Origin: Craspedostauros australis
Lineage: Eukaryota
Assembly (NCBI GenBank): GCA_030167865.1
Contig: JALAGF010001127.1
Location: 1 to 64,000 of the forward strand
Direction of reading: 5' to 3'
Length of the DNA stretch: 64,000 nucleotides
Of this stretch, positions 13,203 to 25,619 are shown piece after piece; the first letter of the stretch is position 1, and each line of letters opens with the position of its first letter. The notes under the pieces were generated by a model, which did no database searches, was not told the origin of the DNA, and was given only the letters and a program-made list of their open reading frames with translations. Made by a program: the position numbers and the translations under genes.

Positions 13203-14807
13203 ATGGACCTTCCTGCCACTGATAACAGTGCCGACGCTGCTAGTGCCTCCGAGGTATCCGCAACACAGAAGTCAGAAACTGCCACCAACCGTCAAGGTCT
13301 GATCGTGAGTAATGGTGATGGGGCGCCGGATTCTGCCGTTTCGTCGACATCCGCAACAATGTCGACTGCGGCGGCGGCAGCTGCTACAACAGGGCTGAGC
13401 AACGCGACGGGAGCGGACGGTGCCTTCGTAGCATCTACCGATCTGCAATCGGGGGCGGCATCGGCGTCGGCGCGAACATTGATCGGAGAAGGAAGAGGAT
13501 CACAAGAACAGCCACAACAAGGCCCAAAGAAGAGCGATCAGAGAACGAAGGACGAGCGAGACGGAAAGACACAGACGCAGACACAGACTAAGAAAGGGGC
13601 GGGGCAGAAAGCAAGCAAGCCGATCAACCCCAGAGCTGAGCTCCAGCAGGAGGTGCTGCATCGATACGGATGGGGCAACGAATTCAGCGTCAACGAAGAT
13701 AGATACTGGTACGCGGATATCCAGATCGGCATGGACACCAAACCCAGGCGATTCGTGTCCGACCATCGCAGCAACTTCAACGACTCGCCGGATCTGATCA
13801 CGAAGAAGGGCATCACTGCCGCGTCGCAAGCAGCCCTGGATGGTTTGCGAGACATACGCGAGGAATGGGACGCCAGGCCGAGGATGGAGCTATCACAGGC
13901 ATTTCCCAAATGGATCCCCATCCGCGATTCCGCCGACCAGCGATGCTGGCCCAGCTTTTGGGAGCACAAGCCATCGACCGTGGGCATCGACGTCGAGGGC
14001 AACCGCGGCTTCCCGCCGGTGCTGGTGCAGATTGCCGTGCAAGAAGGCGATATGACGTACTGCATCTTGGAGACTCCGTCGCAGGCACTGTCGCTTGATC
14101 TCCAGCGCCTGCTGCAAGATGATTCCGTCACCAAGGTGTTCTGCGACAACTACTCGCATCATGACAAGATCGCTCTGCAGATACCGGTGCATGATGCTGG
14201 TGACCCGAGCGGCGTTGTTGGTCCTGCTGGCGTTGGCGGTGCTGGCAATCACAGCGCGAGGAACTGGGCGACTGGCAGCGTCATCGACATCGAAGCCATC
14301 GCTGCGAAGCGCCTGGGACCGGTCAAGGTCGCCAGAGGACTGGGACGCATCGTATCGCAGGTCATGCCGGAGATCGGCGCCGTCATCGAGAAGCCGAGGG
14401 AGGCGAAGGGCAACATGAAGTCCCGCATGCAGCGGATCGGCCGTTTCACGCTCATCGAGCAGGGCAAGATGGACCCGCTGACAGGCGTTGGAGATTTGAA
14501 GAACGAAGAGAAGCACTACGCCGCTTTGGATGCATTGATGACGCTGCGTGCATATCGCAGGCTGATGGGAATCCGTGATACCGGTGCAGCAGCAGTCAGC
14601 ATCTCTGAGATTGGACGTGATGGCGGTGGCGGTGGCGGCAGAAGTGGTGGACGCGGTCGTAGTGGCGGTGGCCGCGGAAGAGGGCGGGGCAGAGGCCGGG
14701 GTCGGGGTCAGGGCGCAAGCAGGGGCAGACAGGGAAGAGGGAGGGGCCGGGGTAGGGGTAGGGGCCAGAGCAACAGGGGTGGAAGGGATGCACGCACTGG
14801 TACATGA
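13203..14807 (+). CDS. 3'-5' exonuclease (DEDDy, WRN/EXD/RNase D-like) with upstream dsRBD-like segment and C-terminal RG/RGG tail
   Basis: 534-aa ORF. ExoI VGIDVEG, LVQIA, LLQDDSVTKVF, ExoII HHDKIAL and ExoIII YAALDA are present. NPRAELQQ...KK..AASQAALDGL fits the dsRBD pattern. The tail is (RG)n. Confidence 0.8.
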   Translation: MDLPATDNSADAASASEVSATQKSETATNRQGLIVSNGDGAPDSAVSSTSATMSTAAAAAATTGLSNATGADGAFVASTDLQSGAASASARTLIGEGRGSQEQPQQGPKKSDQRTKDERDGKTQTQTQTKKGAGQKASKPINPRAELQQEVLHRYGWGNEFSVNEDRYWYADIQIGMDTKPRRFVSDHRSNFNDSPDLITKKGITAASQAALDGLRDIREEWDARPRMELSQAFPKWIPIRDSADQRCWPSFWEHKPSTVGIDVEGNRGFPPVLVQIAVQEGDMTYCILETPSQALSLDLQRLLQDDSVTKVFCDNYSHHDKIALQIPVHDAGDPSGVVGPAGVGGAGNHSARNWATGSVIDIEAIAAKRLGPVKVARGLGRIVSQVMPEIGAVIEKPREAKGNMKSRMQRIGRFTLIEQGKMDPLTGVGDLKNEEKHYAALDALMTLRAYRRLMGIRDTGAAAVSISEIGRDGGGGGGRSGGRGRSGGGRGRGRGRGRGRGQGASRGRQGRGRGRGRGRGQSNRGGRDARTGT

Positions 14808-16421
14808 GGTGGCTGAGATCGATGCACGAGAGCGCTGAACACGGAACTCTTGAGAGTGGCAGATGGAGTATCGTAAGCATGGGACGCTGGGACGGCGCGG
14901 TAGCGCAACCTCCGATTCGGCAGCCGCCGTAGGATGTGCCAACGGTCAGAGTAGAAAGAGCGAACTTGCTACTCGTTGGGACCCGCATGTATGGCATTCA
15001 TGACCTGCGCTCAAATGTGCGCAGGGAAACAAAACAGAAACAGGAGGACAAAAAAGCTGCAACATCAGTTCCAAGAACGCTGAACAATAAATCTGAACGA
15101 TAACTTGGCAGCCAAAGTGCTGGTTTGTGATAATGGACGGGCCGAACCATACAAATGCGTCACAAGTGCTCTGCTGGAAGTATCTGGAGTGGACCGAATG
15201 TAACAGCCCACCTGCTCCGAGAAGTTCTTCCCGATGCGTGCGGAGGCGCAAGTAGTGTCTTCCTACCAATACACTCTACTGATACTCTACTGCACGTACG
15301 AGCTGGAAAAAAGAGCCACATAAAACACCAATATTGTCAAGTTCGTCTCCTTGTTGCCACTCGGAGGCAGGAGCGTCTATTACGACCTATAGCTCGGAGT
15401 TGTTATCTGCACCTTCCTGCCATCTCCACTGCCACAACTCGGACGTGATCCCAAAGGTTATCGCCGCCCAGAATGTAGCGGCAACCTTTGGATCACTCAG
15501 CACCAGGTTCGCAACACTCCAAACGTGTTTCGAACATTGGGGTCAGCGGCAATCACATGTTAATCATGTAGAGTGCAACCCGCTCTGTTTGTCCGACATC
15601 GTTGATGGAACATCTCATGCAATGTCACAAACACAGATCATGGTGTTCAACACAAAATCCGAACACATCGACAAAGAGCTCCAACGTGTTCTCGTGCGCT
15701 TTGCTTCTTCCACATCAAGATGGTGTCATCTGCAACAGATGGATGGCTGTGAAGTGTTCTGTCTTCGCCGTTCCAAGGGATTCGTTATTTGTTCGTGACT
15801 AAGACGTCACTGGGACGTCACTGCACGACACGTCAAAGGGGATTTGACAGACGTGTCAGTGTCGGAGAAGAGGTTTGTCCCACCATGACACGCGCCTGGC
15901 ACGAGCTCACAAAATGGAATCGCCCACACAACACGAAGCATCCAATCGCACAATACGAGCGCAAGTGCAGCGCTTCCACACAACAGCTTCACGCTCTCGT
16001 TGTGTTTGATGTTGTGCTTGATGTTGTTGTTGTTGTATGTGTGTGTCGTCGTTGTCCGGAGAGATGTGGATCTGGAACATGCAGTTGCGAACATGTGCGA
16101 AAGAACCAGTGACGAAGCTGCGGATGGTGGAAGGAAGATCTTTCGTTCGTCCGTCAAAGAGAGAAAGAGTGTTGCACGGCAATACACCACGACCTTTGCC
16201 CCTTACGTGAACATTGATGTGACATGCCATCGCGTCGCGTGCCAGAGGTGTGGCAGCACACATTATCACATGCAAAGGCATACTCTGTTGTTTCGTCGAA
16301 AAGAGCGCCCTCAGAGCCGCACATCCTCAATCGTCACATAACTTCTGCCTTCGTTCTGATGTTGACAGATCGACAACTATCCGTACTCCGAAACAGACAT
16401 CCGTACTCGCGCTCTGACACC

Positions 16422-18088
16422 ATGAAGCTCATCGCAAGCAGCCTCCTCCTTCTTTCCGCCGCCCTTGGAACTGCCCATGCCGAGATCGGCGCTGATGGCG
16501 TCTGCCGCGCCAAGTGTACTGGCGATGAATGCGTCTTCAATGTGAAGGTCGATCTTCTCGCTGGAGAGCTGGGATACTACATCTTCGACGAGTGCGGAGG
16601 CGAGCCAAACCCAACCATCGGCTTGGAGTACGGCAAGGTGTACAAGTTTGTGCAGGTGAGCATCGAGACGGAAGCGACCGCCACACTCATGTCGGAACAA
16701 TGTTCGAATTGACGCGAGCGGCACGAAGTCTGTGTCGACACTCGTGGAGAATCCGAAACGATCCGTGTTTGTTGAATCATTCGAGAGGTTCGGGTCTGCC
16801 TCGATGTTGCCGACCATGTCAAAAAGAGAGAGAGAGAAGAATAGAATAGAGTAGCGAGACTCACCAACACTTGTCTCCTTTCCTCCGCTCCTTGTTTCCT
16901 TCTTGCAACTCTCTATCTCCCCCACACACGCACACAGTCCGACCGCTCCAACTGGTACCATCCGCTCGGATTCGCGTACTTCGCTGATGGAGCCCATGAC
17001 GAGAAGGATGAGCTGGAGCCACGCGTTGCGGCACCAACCGCCACCGACAAGAGCTGCGCCCTGGAGGCCGAGTCCACCTGCCCAGCGCCAATGTACTTCA
17101 AGGACGGCAACTACGTCGGAGAGTACAGCAACATCCCATCCGTCGCCAACGTGACCATGGGAAAGGACAACTTCGGCCTTGACGACTACGAGCCGCTCTT
17201 CTTCCACCCTCCTTCCGACTGGACCAGCTACGGTGACTTCGAGATCAAGCTCATGTATCCGGAGACCGCCGGATTCGATGGCGATATCTTCTACTTCTGT
17301 CACATCCATCAGTTCATGTGAGTTGTTCCTTCCATGTGAAGTGTGAGACGCAATGGGACAGTGTGCATTTGAATGTGCCAAACTCTCCTGCACCATCTCC
17401 AAAGCCATCCATCTGCTCACCTCGCCCATCGACAACTGCGCCACCGCTCTATTTGAATTTGCACACACACACCGCCCCCCACAGGACCGGACGCATCAAG
17501 TTCCTGAAGAACGACGTCCTCGTCGCGAAGGACAAGAACGAGCCCGTGATTCCGTACGAGTACGACGTCGTGAGCGACTACGACAAGGACTGCGGCACGT
17601 TCAACCTGGACGCCTTCCAGCTGCCGCATCCCGAATGCCCCGACCGCTTCGTCTGCGACGTACCAGGCGACAACAGCGCCCTGAAACAATTCAGCAGCTG
17701 CATCGACTCGATGAACTGCCACATGATGGCCGGCATGACGACGGGCGTGACGGCCGGCAGCGCGCAGGCCCTGTTCATGCACCAGATGATCCCGCATCAC
17801 CAGAACGCCGTGAACATGGCCAAGGCCCTGCTGAATACGAATGAATTGAAATGCGACGATCTGGAGAATCCGATGGAGACGGACGACTGCACGCTCGAAA
17901 TCATCCTGCGCGAGATCATCAACACGCAGAATGCGCAGATCCAGTCCATGCGCGGGATTCTCGACAGCAAGAAGTATCCCGAGGAAGATGACTGCAAGGT
18001 CGAAATCGGCAGCGGCGGCTCCTCTCTGCTCGTCGTCTCCGGCTCCGGCCTTCTCGCTGTTTGGGCTGTGCTGTTCGCACTGTTGTAG
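16422..18088 (+). CDS. Secreted, probably GPI-anchored protein with cupredoxin-like N-domain and DUF305 (ferritin-like) C-domain (3 exons, ~405 aa)
   Basis: Exons 16422-16655, 16938-17317 and 17485-18088 are phase-compatible. Signal peptide MKLIASSLLLLSAALGTAHA. Spliced motif YFCHIHQFMTGRIK. FMHQMIPHHQNAVNMAK...EIINTQNAQIQSM is DUF305-like. The C-terminus is hydrophobic after SGGSS. Confidence 0.8.
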
Positions 18089-19370
18089 ACCAACCCGTGA
18101 TATGACCAACAGAGCAAGCACCGTACTCATCGACTGGACCTACTCTCCTCCAATCTAAACCTCTATGTACGTCAGTATGTAATCCAACATAATAAACGTG
18201 AACCTTTGAGTGTCCTGAATCTACGCATAGATGTGGTATAGTTGTAGTTGTAAGCAAGGACTGTGTGTACTGGTCCAAGCTCTACAATCTACACTCTTCC
18301 GAACGCTACAACTTGTTTTGACTTACTGGACCAAAGAAAGAAGAAAGAGAAGATACGGAGCACAACCACCTATTTTGGAGTGCAATGCGTTGGCGATCTG
18401 CTTCGTCACAAGGTGGTGGCGGACAAAGAAACTCGGCTCTGCCCGAATCATGTCATGAAAGTTCCGAATCGAAACCACGCAGTTGATAAAAGATGGTGTT
18501 TTCATGAAGCATAATTGTGAGCATTTTGTTTATGACCGCGACGGAAGAATTTGAGCGGCAGCATGAAAGCGGGCAGGAACAAGTTCGGTTTGTTTGGGAG
18601 GAAGATGGTGTTGGCGGCAGTTGTTGCGGCGACGTTTCATGATTGCGCGCGGCAACGTGGTGAAAACAACATGCGTTCTTGCCACAACGATGATGACAAC
18701 TGCGGCAAAACAGGAGAAGTCGTTTCCGTGTTTGTCAGTCGGCGAAGAGCGCGCCATGAGCGTGGCGTGATCATCGGTGGCGAAAGAGAGGCAAGAGGGG
18801 AGTCAACTGGAGTGGATGGATGCATCATCGACTCATTCACAATCACAATCACAACGCCTTGATTGGCACAAACGCAGACGCTACTACCATTCGACGAATA
18901 AACATAAAGACGAGGGACCGATACCACCAATCTAACTGTTGGTTGTCGCACACAAACACATCCATCCAACAAGACGCCAACTTGTTTGCACGAATCTCTC
19001 ACCCGCCATCCACATTCACGACCATCCCGCTTCGGAAGAACCATAAAGTCCATCACCACTCGACATTGTCATCAACTCTGTCATCAACATTGTCATCAAC
19101 ATCGCCGCCGTACAAACCCAGCAGAGGAAACAACCAGAAGTTCGCAGCATCTCACTCGATCGCCTTCACTGGAACGTGTTGCGGCAGACATCGTGAAGTC
19201 CGTCTCCCAATCAGGTGCCATAAAACCAAAAGCAGCGCAAACCAAGAGACGTCGACAATCGCAGAACAGCCCCACAGACCGCCTCCAGTCGACTATACAT
19301 ACTGCCATATCGCACAGCCCCGTACAATAGATCGCATCATAGCACAGCGTGCAGTTTGACATCAGCAACC

Positions 19371-20384
19371 ATGGCACCGCAGCAGCGCTCGTGCGACGTG
19401 ATGGAGACCCAGACCGCGCCCTTCCTCATGGAGGCGCAGGATGAGACCAAGTCCGCTTCTCCCACCACAGTCACGTCCGCGATGACGTCAACAAACACAC
19501 AATCAGCCGAATCAGCAACGGAGGCAGATGCACAGACCCAAACCTGCAAGACCGACGACACCATCGATGATCTCAGCATGCACAGCACAGCAAGCGAAGA
19601 GCCATCCATGACCACGGCGACACTGCCTCCGCTGCGAAAGCCAAGCTGCGCACCACCATGCACCAACATTCCATGCCCGCGGCCACCAGGACAAGCGCAG
19701 AAGCGATCCTCCATCAAGAGGATCTCGTCCTACGGCTCCATGGAGGTGCTGGGCGACAACATCCCGCTCAAGTTCAGCAAGCGCCACAGCCGCACTCTGC
19801 CCGCGCCCAACCGCTCCGTCTCCATTCAATCCTACTTCCAGGACACCTCATCCCCACTCGCAACCAAAAAATGCGTCACGTTCGATCAGATCCACATCCG
19901 CGAGCACCACACGACGATCGGCGACAATCCCAGCTGCTCCTACGGCACGCCCATCTCCCTCGATTGGCAGTACCTCGAGTTCGATCCCGTCAACGTAGAG
20001 GACTACGAGGATGCCCGCACGCAACGCCGCACGATGAAACAGATGTACCTCAACTACTTCCAACGCAACGACCGCCTCGCCAAGATGGGACACACGGAAG
20101 ACGAGATCAAGGCCGCCAAGAAGGCCACGGCCAAAGTGCGCCGCGGTCGCACCTGGACGAAGGACATGCTGCCGTTCATGAAGTTCGAGGATATGATCGA
20201 GAGCGCGAAGCGCAAGACGAAGCGGGTCATGGCCAAGAACAACAACAACGATGACGACGACAACAACAACAATCCCAAGACGATGATGCGTGCATCGTCC
20301 ATGTCGGTTGAAAAGCCGCAGGATCGCAGGGACATGTTCCGCCGCACGATGAGCGACATGGGTTCCATGCGCAAGGATCTGTAG
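19371..20384 (+). CDS. Hypothetical protein, diatom-typical family (V.F..I.IREH...IGDNPSCS.G.PISLDW motif)
   Basis: ORF from ATG 19371 with strong coding bias and a recognisable GDNPS/LDW motif seen in many diatom uncharacterised proteins. Confidence 0.8.
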   Translation: MAPQQRSCDVMETQTAPFLMEAQDETKSASPTTVTSAMTSTNTQSAESATEADAQTQTCKTDDTIDDLSMHSTASEEPSMTTATLPPLRKPSCAPPCTNIPCPRPPGQAQKRSSIKRISSYGSMEVLGDNIPLKFSKRHSRTLPAPNRSVSIQSYFQDTSSPLATKKCVTFDQIHIREHHTTIGDNPSCSYGTPISLDWQYLEFDPVNVEDYEDARTQRRTMKQMYLNYFQRNDRLAKMGHTEDEIKAAKKATAKVRRGRTWTKDMLPFMKFEDMIESAKRKTKRVMAKNNNNDDDDNNNNPKTMMRASSMSVEKPQDRRDMFRRTMSDMGSMRKDL

Positions 20385-20921
20385 CTCCAGGATGCCACTA
20401 TTGGGTGAAGCGGGTGGGTGTGAGATCAGTTTTGGAATATGCATACGTGCATGCATGCAATCGCATTGATGGCATGTCATGTCATGGCAATAGTCGCACT
20501 TCGTCCATGTATCTTAGAAAGCATAACACTTCATATAACAGTACATATAACACTTCATATAACAGCATGTTTTAGCAACGCAGCAGGCGACGTGGAAGCC
20601 AATTGCCTCCAACGCCGAAGAGATTCACTCTTGCGGAATGGAACGTCGATCACTTCTTCGGATGGAGCAGAACAGAATGTGTTATCTCTCTCTCTCTGGC
20701 TTGTCTGTGTCCGTGCAACTACTCCAGAGTATCTGCGGCATGGGAGCCTCCAATGTGATGGATGTTCGCGTGCCAACTTACATACTCATCCACCCACCCA
20801 TCCATTCATTCATTCATTCATCCATTCAGAGATAACACCACCCACAATACTACTATATTATTCTAGAATACTCTGCCTAACAATACTATAATACCATGCA
20901 AACGCTCTACATCCTGCACCG

Positions 20922-22244
20922 CTAATGCGTCTCCTTAAACAGCCGCACCCACGCATCGATGTTCTCATTCAGCGCGTCCTTCATACCGCCGCGCCGCACG
21001 AACCGATCCACCAGCGGCCGGATGTTGTTATCCGTCGTCTCATCGATCGTGAAACCATCCTGCTCGTACCCTTCTCCCAGTTCCACGGTCCCGTCAATAT
21101 CGTGGATCTTCACCTTACCCGCGCACTTCAAATCGCCATGCTGCAGCGTCCATTGCAAATTGGCCGCGTACTCGTAAATGTATCGCTTCTTGCCGCGCAC
21201 TTGCGCCACGCTGGCGTGTCCGTCGAGTTTGTCGATCTTGCAGATGCGCACGACGGCGCCGGGCGCGGGGCTCGACTCGGGCAAGGCGAATGTCGTGGAT
21301 TGGATCTGCTGTTGCAACGATTCGGTGGCCCACGCTGTGACGTTCTTTTCTTCCCACGTGCCGGCCTGGTTCCATGCCGATGTGCCTTCGGCCGTCTTGA
21401 TCTGGGCCGATGCCGCGTTGTCCAGCTTTTTGGGGGCGATGTCGCCAATCAGGTTCTTGGCCTCCTCCGACAGTTCGTTGTGGAAGTAGCTCGTCTTCTT
21501 GCCGTTCACGATCTTGTATCCGCGCACGGCATCGGATTTGGTGAAAATATCTTTGCCGTCTTTGTCACCGTCTTTGTCGTTTGCATTGGGTTTGCTGTTG
21601 GTACTTGTAGCAGCAGAAGTGGTGGTAGTAGATGGTTTTGCGGACTTTGTTGTTGCTGCTGCTGATGTTTTTGTTGTCGTTGTTGCCTTGGGAGTCTTCG
21701 ATTCCACGTCAGCGTCAACTTCAACTTCAACATCCATGGCATCGGCGTCAGCTTTGGCAACTGCAGCAGCGGCGGCCGCAGCATCGGCCATGAGCTTCTT
21801 CTCCTCTTCCACCTGCTTCTGCAGCTTGCCGCACTCCTTGGCCAGCGCCTTGTTGTTGGGATCCAACGCCTGCGCCTGCTGCATGCTCGCCAAGGCATCC
21901 TCGTATCGCTTGAGACCCGACAATGCCTGCCCCAACCGCCACCATCCCTTGACGTATCCGGCATCGGCCTGCGTTGACTGCTCGGCCGCCTTGCGCGCGT
22001 CTTCGAATTCGCCCATGTTGCGCAGCACGAGACTGAGGTTGCCAGCGAACATGGCCAGCTTGTCGGTCTCGGCCACCTGGATGGCCTTCTCGTAGAGCAG
22101 CTTGGCGTCCATCCAGGATTTGGCGCCGACGGCCGCGCGGCCACGCGATTGCAGCTCATCCAGCAATCCTTGACGCGAGCCTTCGGACTCGGGGATCGCG
22201 GCCGTCAGCACGTCGCGGTGGGCGGAGGCGAGGAGGGGGTTCAT
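20922..22244 (-). CDS. TPR-domain plus Aha1 N-terminal (Hsp90 ATPase activator) domain co-chaperone
   Basis: 440-aa ORF. Three TPR-like repeats (A..LY.KAI; GNLSLV...G.F..A; YVKGWWRLGQAL..L.RY..A). C-terminal SAWNQAGTWEEKN...DGHASV..VRGKKRYIYEY is typical of Aha1_N. Confidence 0.85.
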   Translation of the reverse strand: MNPLLASAHRDVLTAAIPESEGSRQGLLDELQSRGRAAVGAKSWMDAKLLYEKAIQVAETDKLAMFAGNLSLVLRNMGEFEDARKAAEQSTQADAGYVKGWWRLGQALSGLKRYEDALASMQQAQALDPNNKALAKECGKLQKQVEEEKKLMADAAAAAAAVAKADADAMDVEVEVDADVESKTPKATTTTKTSAAATTKSAKPSTTTTSAATSTNSKPNANDKDGDKDGKDIFTKSDAVRGYKIVNGKKTSYFHNELSEEAKNLIGDIAPKKLDNAASAQIKTAEGTSAWNQAGTWEEKNVTAWATESLQQQIQSTTFALPESSPAPGAVVRICKIDKLDGHASVAQVRGKKRYIYEYAANLQWTLQHGDLKCAGKVKIHDIDGTVELGEGYEQDGFTIDETTDNNIRPLVDRFVRRGGMKDALNENIDAWVRLFKETH

Positions 22245-23304
22245 GGTGTGCTGGTCTTTACTTGCGGTGGTCTTTACTTGTGGGGAAGTGTGGTTGGGGG
22301 TTGTGTGTTATTGGGTGATTCCTGAGCGTGGTTGTCGCATTGTCGCATTGTCGCATTGTTGCCGTGGATCATGAAAGAGGCGAAAAGAAGAAAATTCTCA
22401 AGTCGCGTCGCAAACACGCAAACCACTCCACGATTGTGTGGCTGACATTCTGCAACATGTCAACGTGGCCACGCAGCTAAGAAAACGAGGATAGATTACA
22501 TTTGGATATGATGTGATCTGACAGGATATGATGTAATAGAGTTAGAGCAGGGTACTTGCGCTCTGCTCCATTGGCATCATGGCGTACGATTCTGTGCAAT
22601 ACTCCATATCAGAGTCATCCATCTCATTGGGAAAGGGGAGAGATCCGGACGCCATACCAAAGGTCGAAGCTATGGTACGTGCGAGCAACATTGCGCCCTT
22701 CCATCTTGCGATCGTGAGACTAGCTGTTCTCGAGAATAGAATAGTCAAGAAACTGTAGATGCCTGAGTTGTGATTGCCAATCTATTCCACCCGCAATGCC
22801 AGCCAACCAACCAACCAACCAACCGGGCCAAAGTACTCTACTCTGCTCCACTCCACTCTACTCTGCGACTATGCTCTCATCAATGTCCTCTCATCCATGT
22901 CTGCGTCGACACCAACTTCGCGTTGTCCGTGCCAACAGATTGGATCTGGGCGACTCCTTCTCATCTGTTTTCCAAACGTGTGCCATGTGTCAAAGATCTT
23001 CATCAAAGATCAAGACCTTCTGCCTCGGAATGTGACAACATGCTACTCCTCGCAATTCCGGATTCGACAGGAACACTTGTCATTGTTCCTTGGCACCATG
23101 CAATTGTGTACGTAGAACAAGTAGGAGTGTCACCATGCGAGGAGCCTGCGGTAGCACGGATTCCGTGAGCGCTTCCTGACTTCGCTGCCATCCATGGCGA
23201 TTGATGTCTCGCAAATGATCGCGGCACACAAGCACACACAATGCAAGGCTCACGAAAACGATTCCGAGAATCGTTGACTGCGTTGCAGGAGAGGCCGCGA
23301 TTGA

Positions 23305-24966
<1,662 letters not shown>

Positions 24967-25619
24967 TCCTACTCGTGGAGAGGAAACAGGATTCACAAAG
25001 CGTCCATGATACTCATACCTTCGAATGCACATTGGGATCAATGACGACACAGAGAATGACGAGATCTCCCCAGCCGCTCGTGACCACAGGTGGCGCAACA
25101 CCATACATGAACTGCACAATTTTATCATACGCGAGCAAATATTCCAATTGCAATTTTATACAAATACTACGCATGTAAGACGAGATCTGGTGTCGTCTGC
25201 GAGGAGATGAATGCGGCGCTGTGGAAGAGGACACTTCACACAGGAATGCTTGCTTGACTGTCTCATCACCAAAAGCATCAACATCGATCTCAACATCCTG
25301 GAGATCACGCGATAAGAGCACAAATAAAGTGTGGTTTCAATTTACGGCTATATTAACGTGGATGTTTGGAAGGATGGGACAAGCTGAATGCAAGGCTTTG
25401 CATGTGCCTTGTTCCTGTCCACCTTCCCTGATTGATTCGGTGCTTGTTGATTGCTGTTCGATGTTTCTGTGCCGCGCTTGGCTCTTCCTCCTTCTCTCAA
25501 ATGATGAATCATGCTGATGAGATGGGAGGATGAGCAACGAGCTGCGTTCACTGGCTGTATTTGTTGGCGGCATGGATGGATGGCATGTGAGGCGACTGCT
25601 TTCGCTCCACGAGTGCTCT

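Noticed and set aside
15334-15798. 154-aa ORF whose antisense frame is interrupted mainly by TGA codons (possible relic gene)
   Set aside because: Neither strand resembles a family I can name; unsupported without a search.
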